NCBI RefSeq assembly: GCF_006345805.1
Contig: NC_043014.1
Span: 45,880,001 to 45,944,000 of the forward strand
From: Octopus sinensis
Taxonomy: Eukaryota
Length of the DNA: 64,000 bases
Direction: 5' to 3'
Positions 37,413 to 50,481 of this stretch are shown piece after piece. The notes under the pieces are model-generated. The model saw only the letters and a program-made list of their open reading frames with translations, made no database searches and was not told where the DNA came from. How positions within the stretch are numbered: the stretch's first letter is position 1; each line of letters starts with the position of its first letter. A program made the position numbers and the translations under genes.

Positions 37413-37491
<79 letters not shown>

Positions 37492-38697
37492 CATATATAT
37501 GGCGTGTGTGTGTGTGTATGTGTGTGTGTGAGTGAATGTGGTGTGTATGTGTGTGTGTTTATATAACGAATTTAGGGAAAGACAAAATGGAATTCACAAG
37601 ATTCTTCGTGATTGATAAAGAATCTCGTGAATTCTATTTTCTGTTCTTCTAATTTGTTAAACACTCGACTGGGGAATTCCTGAGGTAGACCCAGTGGCAT
37701 TTTTTATCAATACTGCGGATGACATCAGGTAGCCATAGACAGAGAAAGTGCTTTAATCGGCGTACTACCAGGATTTATACCGAAGGCTTGAATAAATACT
37801 CATACGTACATACATATATATCAATGCGTGTATGTATGTATGTATGTATGTATGTATGTATGTATGTATGTATGTATGTATGTATGTATATGTATGTATG
37901 TATATTCAGCCGAAATTGCGAGGATGATCCGGTTCTTGACTGAAGATTAGAGGCTTCGAATGACCCGTCCGTTTTCGTATCGTCTATTTGAATGTTTTGC
38001 GTTCTTGTCCCATTTTATATATTTTTTATACACACACACACACACATATATATATGTAGCAAATAAGAAAATGGAGAAGCACAATAGTTGGTTCATCAAC
38101 TTTAGGACATTAAAATCTTAACTTATTTATTTATCAAAACGACTCTCCATTTTCTTATTTGCAATATAAATTTATGGTAAAATATCTCTTTACCTTCACC
38201 CATTTAAAACAATAAGTAAGTTAATTGCAATGCAATTAAAAACACCTGTGTATTAATAATTGGGTATTATACCAACAATATATTGGATAGATATTATCCC
38301 TTAGTGGGTTGGATCCACAACCCCTAACTTTCTTGGAGTTATATATAAAAAATTAGAAGGAAAACCACCTTTTATCAATTCAAAATGAACAATTAAATTA
38401 CACCATCTAGAAAATTAAATATAATAGAAAAATTGAAATTAAAATTGAAAAATTGAAATTAAAATATTATATTGTGTGAAATTTGATTTAGTATTTCTAA
38501 ATTGAATTTTTTCCTTGTAAGTTTGGATTTTATTCCCTTAAATAATAAATATATATATATATAAATATATATATATAATCGGTTAAGTAATTGAGATTCT
38601 AGTGAATTCTAAAGAATTCACATGAATATGGTCCTTAACTAGGATGCACCGGAAATCTATATGGTGTTAACCATACGACAAGTGGGGTGATTACAAA

Positions 38698-39644
38698 TAG
38701 GAAAAAAGCAACAAGAATGGATTAAAATCTCGGTACGATCGTTTCGTACGAGGACATCTTTAATAAGCTACAAAAAATGCAGTGAATACAGATGGCTCGT
38801 ACTCGTCAGCCGAAAAAACATCAGAGAATTCCCAACATCAAAAAGGGGTAGATACAAAAGAGGTTGTAAGATTAGCTGCATTGAAGAAAGTTCGATTCAT
38901 GGAGATCCGATAAAGGTTTTAAACTTACAGAATTTGTGCATGTCTACATATAGCTCATATTGAATATTTAATCAAGTTGCGTGAAGAAATTTTCGGATAC
39001 AGTCATGCAAAATTTCTGAAAATCCGAGTAAGAGGCAAAGTGACTGCCATATCATGTAGAGGAAAGTCTGAGTAAAAGCAAAGTGACTGTCATATCGTGT
39101 AGAGGAACAGATTGTTATTGAAATTTACAAGAATCGCAGATAAGTTCGATTTTTGGAGATCCGATGAAAAAGTCTTGAACTTACAAAATATGTGTATGTC
39201 CTTATAGTTCATAATCCAGTTTTGTGAAGAGATTTAGGGTACAATCATGCGAAAAATATATTTGCTTTTACTCAGACTTTCCTCTACATGATATGGCAGT
39301 CACTTTGCCTCTTACTCGGATTTTCAGAAATTTTGCATGACTGTATCCGAAAATTTCTTCACACAACTTGATTAAATATTCAATATGAGCTATATGTAGA
39401 CATGCACAAATTCTGTAAGTTTAAAACCTTTCATCGGATCTCCATGAATCGAACTTTCTTCAATGCAGCTAATCTTACAACCTCTTTTGTATCTACCCCT
39501 TTTGATGTTTGGGAATTCTCTGATGTTTTTCGGCTGACGAGTACGAGCCATCTGTATTCACTGCATTTTTTTGTAGCTTATTAAAGATGTCCTCGTACGA
39601 AACGATCGTACCGAGATTTTAATCCATTCTTGTTGCTTTTTTCC

Positions 39645-39646
<2 letters not shown>
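38698..39646. mobile_element. Foldback-like element with ~385-bp near-identical inverted arms
   Basis: 38698-39081 pairs with about 39261-39646; TA at both ends; the ~180-bp spacer is a diverged direct copy of arm sequence; no ORF. Confidence 0.88.
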
Positions 39647-39681
<35 letters not shown>

Positions 39682-40089
39682 CTGGCTTCTTTCAGTTTCC
39701 GTCTAGCAAATCCACCCCACAAAGCTTTGGTCGGTCCGGGTTTATAGCAGAGGACACTTGTCCAAGGTGCCATGTTGTAGGACTGAACCCAGAACCATGT
39801 GGTTCGGAGACAAACTTTTTATCACAGCCGTATTTGCCTCTTTTAACGTATCCCTTTACCTTTTCTCTCGTTTGAGTCATTCTTCTTCATCTATTCTCTC
39901 AACTTCTCGTCCTTCTCATATTTAGCAATCTTATTTTCTTATTCTTTTCTCTCTGTCTCTCTTTATTTTTCAGTAATAACCATTTTAAAATAAATCTTTG
40001 AACTCTCCTTCTCTCTTTCTCCTCTCTCCGTCTTTCTCCATCTAACGTTCACTTCCTACCTCTAGCTTTTCAAGCGATAACATTTATCT

Positions 40090-40320
40090 ATATATTTCAG
40101 TCATTTTTCAAAGATATACTTCAGCCTATTACTAAGTCTCCATATAAATATATATAAATATACATATTTCAGTCATTTTTCAAAGATATACTTCAGCCTA
40201 TTACTAAGTCTCCATATAAATATATATAAATATACATATTTCAGTCATTTTTCAAAGATATACTTCTGCCCATTACTAAGTCTCCGTATAAATATATATA
40301 AATATATACATATATACATA
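40090..40320 (+). repeat. 72-bp tandem repeat, about 3 units
   Basis: ATTTCAGTCATTTTTCAAAG at 40094, 40166 and 40238. Confidence 0.9.
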
Positions 40321-40629
40321 TGTATATATTTATCGCTGCCTCTCTCGCTCTCGCTCTCTCTCTCTCTGTCTCTCTGAGCTCTTCTCTGTCTCTCTCCCTT
40401 CTTCCTCTCTCTAATTGACTTATTTATTATTCACGTCTCCCTCCATTTCCTATACATTTTTTAAATATATATAATCCCCCTCTTCTCAATAAAAGCTTAC
40501 TGTTCTTCTGCTTAATCACTGATTAAACTATCTCTCTCTCTCTCTCATTCACAAACGTACACGCCGATAAAGTTGGCTTACACACACACACACACATACA
40601 CACACTACTCTGATACAGTTTGCACACAT

Positions 40630-41318
40630 ATACACTCTTATCAAACTAGCCCATTTCCCCCCCTCTCTCTTCTCTCTGCTTTTCACCGTCTTTCTCCTCT
40701 ATTATTATCTTCACTTTACCTCCTACACCTCTACCCTCTCTCTCTCTTTCACTTTCTGTGTTTCCGTATTTTCCCCCTCCTCTTTAAGTTCCCTCCACCC
40801 TCTACTCCTTTACTCTCTGTCTTTCTCTATTCTCCCCCTTTTTTCTCTTTCTGTATCACCAAGTTCATACACCCCGTCTCACACTTTCACCCTCTTCTCT
40901 CTCTCTCCTCCCCTTTACCACTATGTTCACACCCTTCCTACACCTTTACACTTTCTTCTCTCTTTTTAATCTTCTCTCTGCCTTTTTCCCTCTCTATCAC
41001 CGTCTTTATCCCCCTCCCTCTTTAAGTTTACTCCACCCCTAACACCTTTACTCTTCTTTCTCTCTCTTCCGTCCCCCCTCTCACTGAGTTTACTCCCACC
41101 ACTACACATTTCCTCTCTCTCCCTTTTATCACTATGTTCACACCCCTTCCTACACCTTTACCCTTTCTTCTCTCTTTTTATCTTCTCTCTGTCTTTCTCC
41201 CTCTCTATCACTAACTTCACTTCACTTCACCTCCTACACCTCTACCCCTCTCTCTGCTTTTCTCTTTCTCCGTCTTTATCCCCCTCCCTCTTTAAATTTA
41301 CTCCACCCCTAACACCTT

Positions 41319-41355
<37 letters not shown>

Positions 41356-41460
41356 CCGTCCTCCCTCTCACTGAATTGACTCCCACCACTACACTTTTAC
41401 TCTTTCTTTCCCCTTTCCTCCCTGTCCTCTCTCTCTCTCTCTCTCTGAACCTCCGCAATT
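40630..41460 (+). repeat. Pyrimidine-rich higher-order duplicated tract
   Basis: The blocks CTCCTACACCTCTACCCTCTC, TTTACTCCACCCCTAACACCTTTACTC and CACTATGTTCACACC recur. Confidence 0.75.
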
Positions 41461-41929
41461 TTTATATGATAACAGCCTTCCAATTGCATTTCCAAACGTG
41501 CACAAATCCATATTGTACAGGTTACACAGAAGAATGCTTGGCGAAACAAACAAATAAAAAAATAAACAAGTAAATAAATAAACAAATAAATAAATAAATA
41601 AAATAAAACAACCTAGACACGCCTGCTGTAAAAAAAACTCATAGTAAAGTGAACACTAGGATACGCGAATTCGTAAGCCAAGAACTTTATTAAATTAAAA
41701 TTACCGTCGTAATAACGGGAGCAATCATATTCTAAATGACAAATCCTGGTGAAAGAGAATGTGGATGAGTGTGTGTGTGTGTGTGTGTGGAGGGGGTAGG
41801 GTGGGAAGGGGACACACCTGAAAAGTTAATTGATTAAAATAAATTTGATTTGGAATGTAATGTGGAGTTAGTTATTAAGTGACACGGCGCAAACAACAAC
41901 GACATCAATTATTAAATATAAACATAAAC

Positions 41930-42352
41930 AGGCGTAGGAGTTTCTGTGTGGTAAGTAGCTTGCTTACCAACTACATGGTTCCGGGTTCAGTCCCACTGCG
42001 CGGCACCTTGCGCAAGTGTCTTCTACTATAGCCTCGAGCCGACCAAATCCTTGTGAGTGGATTTGGTAGACGGAAACTGAAAGAAGCCCGTCGTATATAT
42101 GTATATATGTATGTATGTATGTGTGTGTGTATATGTTTGTGTGTCTGTGTTTGTCCCCCCCCCAACATCGCTTGACAACCGATGGTGGTGTGTTTACGTC
42201 CCCGTAACTTAGCGGTTCGGTAAAAGCAGACCGATAGAATAAGTACTAGGTTCACAAAGAATAAGTCCTGGAGTCGATTTGCTCGACTTAAAGGTGGTGC
42301 TCCAGCATGGCCGCTCTCAAATGACTGAAACAAGTAAAAGAGTAAAAGAGTA
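41930..42352 (+). mobile_element. SINE family A, full length
   Basis: Complete; followed by an inverted tail fragment at 42372-42530. Confidence 0.9.
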
Positions 42353-42531
42353 TACACAGACATACATGTACGACTGCGGCCATGCTGGGGCACCGCTTTG
42401 AAAGTTTTTTTTTTTTTGGTATAGAACAAACGGATCCCTGTGCTTATTTTTTTTTTAAAGCCTAGTACTAATTCGATCGGTCTCTTTTACCGAACCACTA
42501 AGTTAGGCGGGGGGCATCTGAACATACCAGC

Positions 42532-42631
42532 NNNNNNNNNNNNNNNNNNNNNNNNNNNNNNNNNNNNNNNNNNNNNNNNNNNNNNNNNNNNNNNNNNNNN
42601 NNNNNNNNNNNNNNNNNNNNNNNNNNNNNNN
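42532..42631. other. Assembly gap (100 N)
   Basis: Run of n bases. Confidence 1.
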
Positions 42632-42799
42632 GTGTAGGAACATTAAATTGTTGGTAAGCTGTAATTTCTCTTACTTCCCGATGGAGAAGTGGAGTCAACG
42701 ATGACGATGACGACAGCGCACATGACACTTGTGTAATTTGAACCTTTCAAGGCAACAGAGCTCAGCCATCAGTTGTTTGTAAACAACATCTCAACACAG

Positions 42800-43420
<621 letters not shown>

Positions 43421-43499
43421 CATGTAGTGTATAGCAACGTAAGGTTATACATTTATACTATGCATATAAACATACTTCCGCATAGACCTATACTGGCTT

Positions 43500-43533
<34 letters not shown>

Positions 43534-43579
43534 TTACATGTGCGCGCATATAAATATATGTTATGTATATGTACAGGTG

Positions 43580-43611
<32 letters not shown>

Positions 43612-43729
43612 AACACAAAATTTGGGTTTGTTTACAACATGAGGACTGTTTTGTTTGTTTTTTACTTGGGTTCTCTAAGCATATATATACAGCTAAACTG
43701 AGAATAATGTCAATTTAAGTGTGTGTAAA

Positions 43730-44117
43730 TCTCTCTCTCTCTATATAAACGGCAGTTTGCCTGTGTGTGTTTCTGTGTGTCTGTTTGCTTGTACCCTCGC
43801 TCTGACCACGGCTTTCAACCGATTCTGATGAAACTTGACGCACACATAGCCCAATGTCATAATTCAAAACTAACGCAGCGAAAATTTTGAAAAGTTCCCC
43901 CAGTTCTGAAAAAAATCGATAAATTCGACATGGGGTAGAGAATCAGAAACACAAACCGCAAACTGTCTAGGGTACGCAACTCCACCTTTTTTTACTCTCC
44001 AAAAAAATTTACCATCATTTTTTTCCATTTTTTTGCTATTTTTTGGCTATAACTCTCTAAAAATGCTTTATAGTTATTTCCCTTACAAACCTGAGCAACG
44101 CCGGGCGATTCTGCTAG
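43730..44117 (+). mobile_element. Non-autonomous Helitron
   Basis: A|TC start, CAACCGATTCTGATGAAACTTG motif and ..GCAACGCCGGGCGATTCTGCTAG|T end; the last ~110 bp are shared with 20070-20468. Confidence 0.82.
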
Positions 44118-44889
44118 TTTAGTATAAAATCTCAAAAGCACATACACCACACATCTATTCTAACTGTACACACACACACAAACACACACACGAAAACTCA
44201 CACACACACACACACGCACACACACAAAGACACATACACACACAAAAACACATACACACACACAAAAACACATACACACAAAAACATACACACACACAAA
44301 AACACATACACACATACACAAACACACGCACACAAAAACGCGCACACAAAAACGCGCACGCGCGCAAATTTTTCTTAGCTAAGAAGTTGCAGGGCTGATG
44401 AAAAGGCCTAGAATTTTGGGGTCATTGCCCTTATCTGATACATACATTAAAACAAAATCCTAGTACCTTGAATAGCTTCTGTAGCTTATTGCTTGGTGGG
44501 GGGCTAAGTCTCTCCCAAACCCACCCACATTTATTGAGCATGCAAATTACATAAACCCAGAAAATGTGTCATAGAACAATTTCGAAGTGGGTCGGGTTGG
44601 GAAGAACATTCGGAGGTTTGGCAGCAGGCTTCTACATTAAATGCTACATTGCCTTCAGTCGGGACAAATATATTCTGACTGCAAGTTCATATTACACCAG
44701 GGTCACCATTGTAATTTTTGTTTTTCTTATCTAGAAATAGAAACGGCAGCCAAATCTCCCTCAAATCACACCCTACTGCTTTAAAAAGACAAGGACACAT
44801 TGGACAATGTGAATGCCTTTGATTATGGGTCATCTGCCTGATCAGAGTTGACCTAAGGCTAAACAATAATTATTAACAATAATTATTGT

Positions 44890-45322
44890 GTATGAGTGGT
44901 TGTGTGGTAAGTAGCTTGTTTACCAACCACATGGTTCCGGGTTCAGTCCCACTGCGTGGCACCTCGGGCAAGTGTCTTCTACTATAGCCTCGGGCTGACC
45001 AAAGCCTTGTGAGTGGATTTGGTAGACGGAAACTGAAAGAAGCCCGTCGTATATATATATATATATATATATTATATATTATATATATATATTATATGTG
45101 TGTGTGTTGTGTGTGTGTATGTGTGTCTGTGTTTGTCCCCTATCATCGCTTGACAATCGATGCTGGTGTGTTTACGTCCCCGTAACTTAGCGGTTTGGCA
45201 AAAGAGACCGATAGAATAAGTACTAGGCTTACAAAGAATAAGTCCTGGGGTCAATTTGCTCGACTAAAAGGCAGTGCTCCAGCAAGGCCACAGTCACATG
45301 ACTGAAACAAGTAAAAGAGTAA
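44890..45322 (+). mobile_element. SINE family A
   Basis: Near complete. Confidence 0.9.
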
Positions 45323-45762
45323 AGGATTTTACTTTGGGAGTCAGTTGATCTGCAAGAAATAGCAGCAAAAATTCCATCAAATCCTAGAGTCTTAAAAAAA
45401 ACAAAAAACATACTGGATAATATAATTCAAGCAGACCTATGATCAAGGACATTCCAGTTATGACTATTCCATCTTTGTTTTCCAGGTGTGATGTACCTAA
45501 GACTATATTATTCAATGTGTCGTTTTTAATCTTAAGATGGTAGTGTGAGACTTCAGGAAGATATCACTGCTATTTCTAGGAGGCCATGTGACCACATAGA
45601 AGCTTTTTTGCTGGGTTGTGTGCATGAAGTTGTTGTTTAGCACCAGGTCAACCTTAAACAAGGATGTTCCAACCGTGACCATCCTGTCATTTTCAGATAC
45701 AGCAATGGTTCTCAACCCAGGGTCCACATAAGATTTTGTTGTTAAAATTTATTCGCAATATA

Positions 45763-46165
45763 GGCGCAGGAGTGGCTGTGTGGTAAGTAGCTTGCTAACC
45801 AACCACATGGTTCCGGGTTCAGTCCCACTGCGTGGCACCTTGGGCAAGTGTCTTCTACTATAGCCTCGGGCCGACCAAAGCCTTGTGAGTGGATTTGGTA
45901 GACGGAAACTGAAAAGAAGCCCGTCGTATATATGTATATATGCATGTGTGTGTTTGTGTGTCTGTGTTTGTCCCTCTAGCATTGCTTGACAACCGATGCT
46001 GGTGTGTTTATGTCCCTGCTACCTAGCGGTTCGGCAAAAGAGACCGATAGAATAAGTACTGGGCTTACAAAAAGAATAAGTCCCGGGGTCGAGTTGCTCG
46101 ACTAAAGGCGGTGCTCCAGCATGGCTGCAGTCAAATGACTGAAACAAGTAAAAGAGTAAAAGAGT
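45763..46165 (+). mobile_element. SINE family A inserted in a hAT MITE remnant (about 45701-46230)
   Basis: TSD AATATA (45757-45762 and 46166-46171); the rejoined flanks align with 973-1090. Confidence 0.85.
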
Positions 46166-46439
46166 AATATAACGGTTATACTTCTATAATTCACAAAATA
46201 TTTTAATTTTTTTGAAACAATTTCTAATAATGTTCTATATTTCAGAGATGAGGAATTATGTACATTATTTACATTTGATGGGTATTTCTCTTCATCTTAT
46301 TTGTTAAAACACCCACTACACTTTTGGAGTGGTTGGCGTTAGGAAGTGCATCCAGCTGTAGAAACTCTGCCAGATCAGATTGTTTGTTTTTTATGGTTGG
46401 ATACCCTTCCTGTCACCAGTGGACTGAATATGCACAGGA

Positions 46440-46750
46440 AGTGAACACTGAAGAAGTCTTGGAGAAAAAAAAAAAAAAGAAAGACTGATAGTAAGTATCT
46501 TGTAACAAAACACCCTGAAGTGCAAAAGCATGATAATTTATTTTACGCTTCAGTAATCCTGAGCATGAATGTTTCCAAAAGTCATGGGTGGTATTGCTTT
46601 GATGTTGTAGGCATGTCCACCAGTGTTAAACATATGGAATTCAAAATGGTGCCCAAAGTTGTTGTTGGAAAGATGGTGGATAATCTTATGGGCGTCGACC
46701 AAGTCAGTTGCCAGATGTTGGAGCTTCAATGTGTCTCATGCCCGGGGAAG
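46440..46750 (-). pseudogene. Decayed CR1-type LINE ORF2 C-terminus
   Basis: TLKLQHLATDLVDAHKIIHHL..NTGGHAY..HDFWKH..EA*NKL, matching the CR1 pattern TL..RR...DL...KI..TRGH..WNKLP. Confidence 0.75.
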
Positions 46751-46928
46751 CAAGTTTTGATTAAACCCTTCAAGGCAGGACCCCAGTATAGCTGCAGTCC
46801 AATAAATGAAGCGAGTTGAACAAATAATGTCGATCCAGTATTGAGGTTCTCTACATGCTAGAAACAGCAGCCAAAGCACCCCCTCAGATTAAATTCTAGC
46901 ATCTTAAAAAGAGGAAGGACATGTTGAA

Positions 46929-47351
46929 TACCTATTTCTTTACTACCCACAAGGGTCTAAACACAGAGAGGACAAACAAGGACAAAGAAAAACGGATTAA
47001 GTCGATTATATCGACCCCAGTGCTTAACTGGTACTTAATTCATCGACCCCGAAAGGATGAAAAACAAAGTCGACCCCGGCGGAATTTGAACTCAGAACGT
47101 AACGGCAGACGAAATACCTATTTCTTTACTACCCACAAGGGGCTAAACACAGAGAGGAGAAACAAGGACAGACAAATGGATTAAGTCGATTATATCAACC
47201 CCAGGGCATAACTGGTACTTAATTTATCGACCTCGAAAGGATGAAAGGCAAAGTCGACCTCAGCGGAATTTGAACTCAGAATGGAACGGCAGACGAAATA
47301 CCGCTAAGCATTTCGCCCGGCGTGCTAACGTTTCTGCCAGCTCGCCGCCTT
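46929..47351 (-). mobile_element. SINE family B dimer (one head)
   Basis: Junction GGCAGACGAAATACC|TATTTCTTTACT. Confidence 0.9.
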
Positions 47352-47370
47352 GTTGAATACCAAAATCTTA

Positions 47371-47590
47371 CAAGAGGGTGTTGAAAAGTTCCTGGTTTTG
47401 GGTAAAAGAAAATACAGGAGGATCAGTTAATTATGATTATATTCGGCATATTCCCCACCTCTCAGGTTCACGCACTTATTGCAGTGGCCCTTCAGTTTTT
47501 CTAAGTCCCGTAAAAGAACTCAGGAAGTTGTACCTCCAACCGGGCCTTCATGATACCCTTAAAACCAGGAACTTTTCAGCAACCCCGTCC
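47371..47590. mobile_element. Mariner-type MITE
   Basis: TA|CAAGAGGGTGTTGAAAAGTTCCTGG / CCAGGAACTTTTCAGCAACCCC. Confidence 0.7.
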
Positions 47591-47837
47591 ACATACATCA
47601 TGCCTGATAAAAGATGATCAGGGTCTAAGGTCAAAAGACATTCCATCAGTTGAGTTTTCTTTCTTTTTATATTTTGCAAGCATAGTTTATCCAGTTAAGA
47701 CAGGAAGGTCAGAATTGGAATGCCTTGAATCATAGATATAGGCTAGGTGTGATCTGGTCGATCAGAGCTGATCCGAGTTTAAACAGCAACAACAACTATA
47801 CTACCAGTGGTACTTTGAGGATCAAGAGAGCTTTTTT

Positions 47838-48252
47838 GGATCTTTTCGGTTTGAGCGGCAGTTTTTTCTAGCAGTGTCATATGAAATTGTCACCCATAAT
47901 TATGACCCTAGTATCGATCTATTGCATTTCAATCTGTTTTAGGGTTAGGGGTGGGAGGAAGGGTATCTTTTTTTCTTCACAAATGTAAATAAACCCAATC
48001 TGTTTCTTAAACGAGGGACACATTCATACGGCACAGAATGTTGTTTACCTCAATAGACGTCAGTGATTGGTTGAAATTGCAGAAATTGAAGAAAAAAAAA
48101 CAACAAATATCTTACAAACTATGGAATTTTCTCAATAAAGCCAAGAGAAAAAGATGTTTTATAAACACATTCTACCAGTATATGAAGTTTAAAATTTTTT
48201 AGTTACGTGGAAATTATTTTTAAAAAACTGCGGTTCAAACAGAAAAGATTCC
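47838..48252. mobile_element. Merlin-like MITE, opposite orientation to 1811-2238
   Basis: Both TIRs present; CTTTTTT on both flanks; a half copy also lies at 54125-54318. Confidence 0.85.
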
Positions 48253-48874
48253 CTTTTTTTTTTATTTATTCAAATTACTTTGCTCCTACCTGCACACCCC
48301 CACCTCATACACACTTAGTTCTTTATGAAAGAAATTAACTTAACAACAACAACGACTGGCCTTCTGCCTAAATAAAGAAACTAGTTTACTTAGAAACCCC
48401 CCCCAAAAAAAAACAAAAATCAAATGTGTAAATTGAAATAATAATAATAATAATATAAAAAAACAGAAAAAAAAATACAGAAAAATATCCCCCCCCCCCC
48501 GCCACTACACACACCTACACTTCCTCTCACCCTTCCAGGGCAGCAGCTAAACTTATTTTGTTATCTGAGATGACAAACAAAAACAGAGAAAGAGAGGAGG
48601 GGTAGAAAGAAAGGAAGAGAGAAAGGAGGGAAGTAAGGAAGCTGTATTTGTTGGTATAAAATTCCTATTTTAAACACTAATTTTTTTCTCTTTCTCTTGG
48701 ATTTTGGCTTATATTTTTGTGAAGCTTTAATTGGAGTTTGTATTCTTACACTGGCTTCAGCTGTTCTTGTTGTTATTGTTGTTATTATTATTATTTTTCC
48801 TCAATTTTCTTTAATTATTATTGTTGTTTTTCTTGCACACCTGCAGCTCTCTCTCTCTCTTTCTCATATATATA

Positions 48875-49470
48875 TATTTCTTTACTACCCACAAGGGGCT
48901 AAACATAGAGGGTACAAACAAGGACAGACAAACGGATTAAGTCGATTACATTGACCCCAGTGCGTAACTGGTACTTAATTTATCGACCCATGAAAGGATG
49001 AAAGGCAAAGTCGACCTCAGCGGAATTTGAACTCATAATAGACGAAATATATATTTCTTCACTACCCACAAGGGGCTAAACCAAGAGAGGACAAACAAGG
49101 ACAGACAAACGGATTAAGTCGATTATATCGACCCCAGTGCATAACTGGTACTTAATTTATCGACCCCCGAAAGGATGAAAGGCAAAGTCGCCCTCGGCGG
49201 AATTTGAACCCAGAATGTAACGGCAGACGAAATACCTATTTCTTTATTGCCCACAAGGGGCTACACACAGAGGGGACAAACAAGGACAGACAAACGGATT
49301 AAGTCGATTATATCGATCCCCAGTGCGTAACTGGTACTTAATTTATCGATCCCCGAAAGGATGAAAGGCAAAGTCGACCTCGGTGGAACTTGAACCCAGA
49401 ATGTAACGGCAGACGAAAAACGGCTAGGCACTTCGCCCGGCGCGCTAACATTTCTGCCAGCTTACCGCCC
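48875..49470 (-). mobile_element. SINE family B trimer (one head)
   Basis: Three bodies with junctions at about 49045 and 49235. Confidence 0.9.
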
Positions 49471-50060
49471 TCATATATAGACACACATGATAGACGGATT
49501 GTTAGAGAGAAATGCATGTATGCATGCTTACATACATTATATAAATATATATACACACACATGAACAAAGCCACGATTTTTGATCTTGCCATTGGCAATG
49601 CAATTTGTGAAAAAAACAATTAAAATAAATGGTAAATAGTAATTATATTTATATGGAGCTGCTGGTGGTGGTGGTGTGTGTGTCGGCGGGGGTGGGTCAC
49701 CCAAACCTATTAAATACCTTCAGTTTACCTATAAATAGATTTACACATTGAACCTGTTACCTTGTCCCCCCCATCTTTAAATAACCACTCAGAAAAGTGA
49801 TATATCAGTGGTGGTGGTGGTGTTGCCATTTAAACCAAGGTCAGCTCGGAGCCAGTAGGTCTATGACCAACAAGACATTCCAGTCACAGCCACAGAGATT
49901 TCATCTAAGTATATGGCTGTGAATACATGTAATTGAAAAGCTTCAAGGACGGTGAAATGCATTTAGTGTTCGCCCTATCTGCTCCTGGGACGATGTTTCT
50001 TTTTGTCTCCCTCTGATAGGTATTATACTTCTGACACAACACTCCAATAAGAGGTTCTAT

Positions 50061-50481
50061 CTTTACTCTCTTTAATCTTTACTTGTTTCAGTCATTTGAC
50101 TGTGGCCATGCTGGAGCACCGCCTTTAGTCGAGCAAATTGACCCCCGGATTTATCCTCTGTAAGCCCAGTACGTATTCAATCGGTCTCTTTTGCCGAACC
50201 GCTAAGTGACGGGGACGTAAACACACCAGCATCGGTTGTCAAGCAATGCTAGGGGGACAAACACAGACACACAAATATATACACACACATACATACATAC
50301 ATACATACACATATATACGATGAGCTTCTTTCAGTTTCCGTCTACCAAATCCACTCACAAGGCATTGGTCGGCCCGGGGCTATAGTAAAAGACACTTGCC
50401 CAAGGTGCCATGCAGTGGGACTGAACCCGGAACCATGTGGTTGGTAAACAAGCTACTTACCACACAGCCACTCCTGCGCCT
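50061..50481 (-). mobile_element. SINE family A, full length
   Basis: Complete. Confidence 0.92.

Noticed and set aside
44400-44445. CTGATGAAAAGGCCTAGAA hammerhead-like string
   Set aside because: There is no GAAA or stem III and no convincing stem I.
46520-46819. 99-aa plus-strand ORF
   Set aside because: It is antisense to the decayed CR1 fragment.
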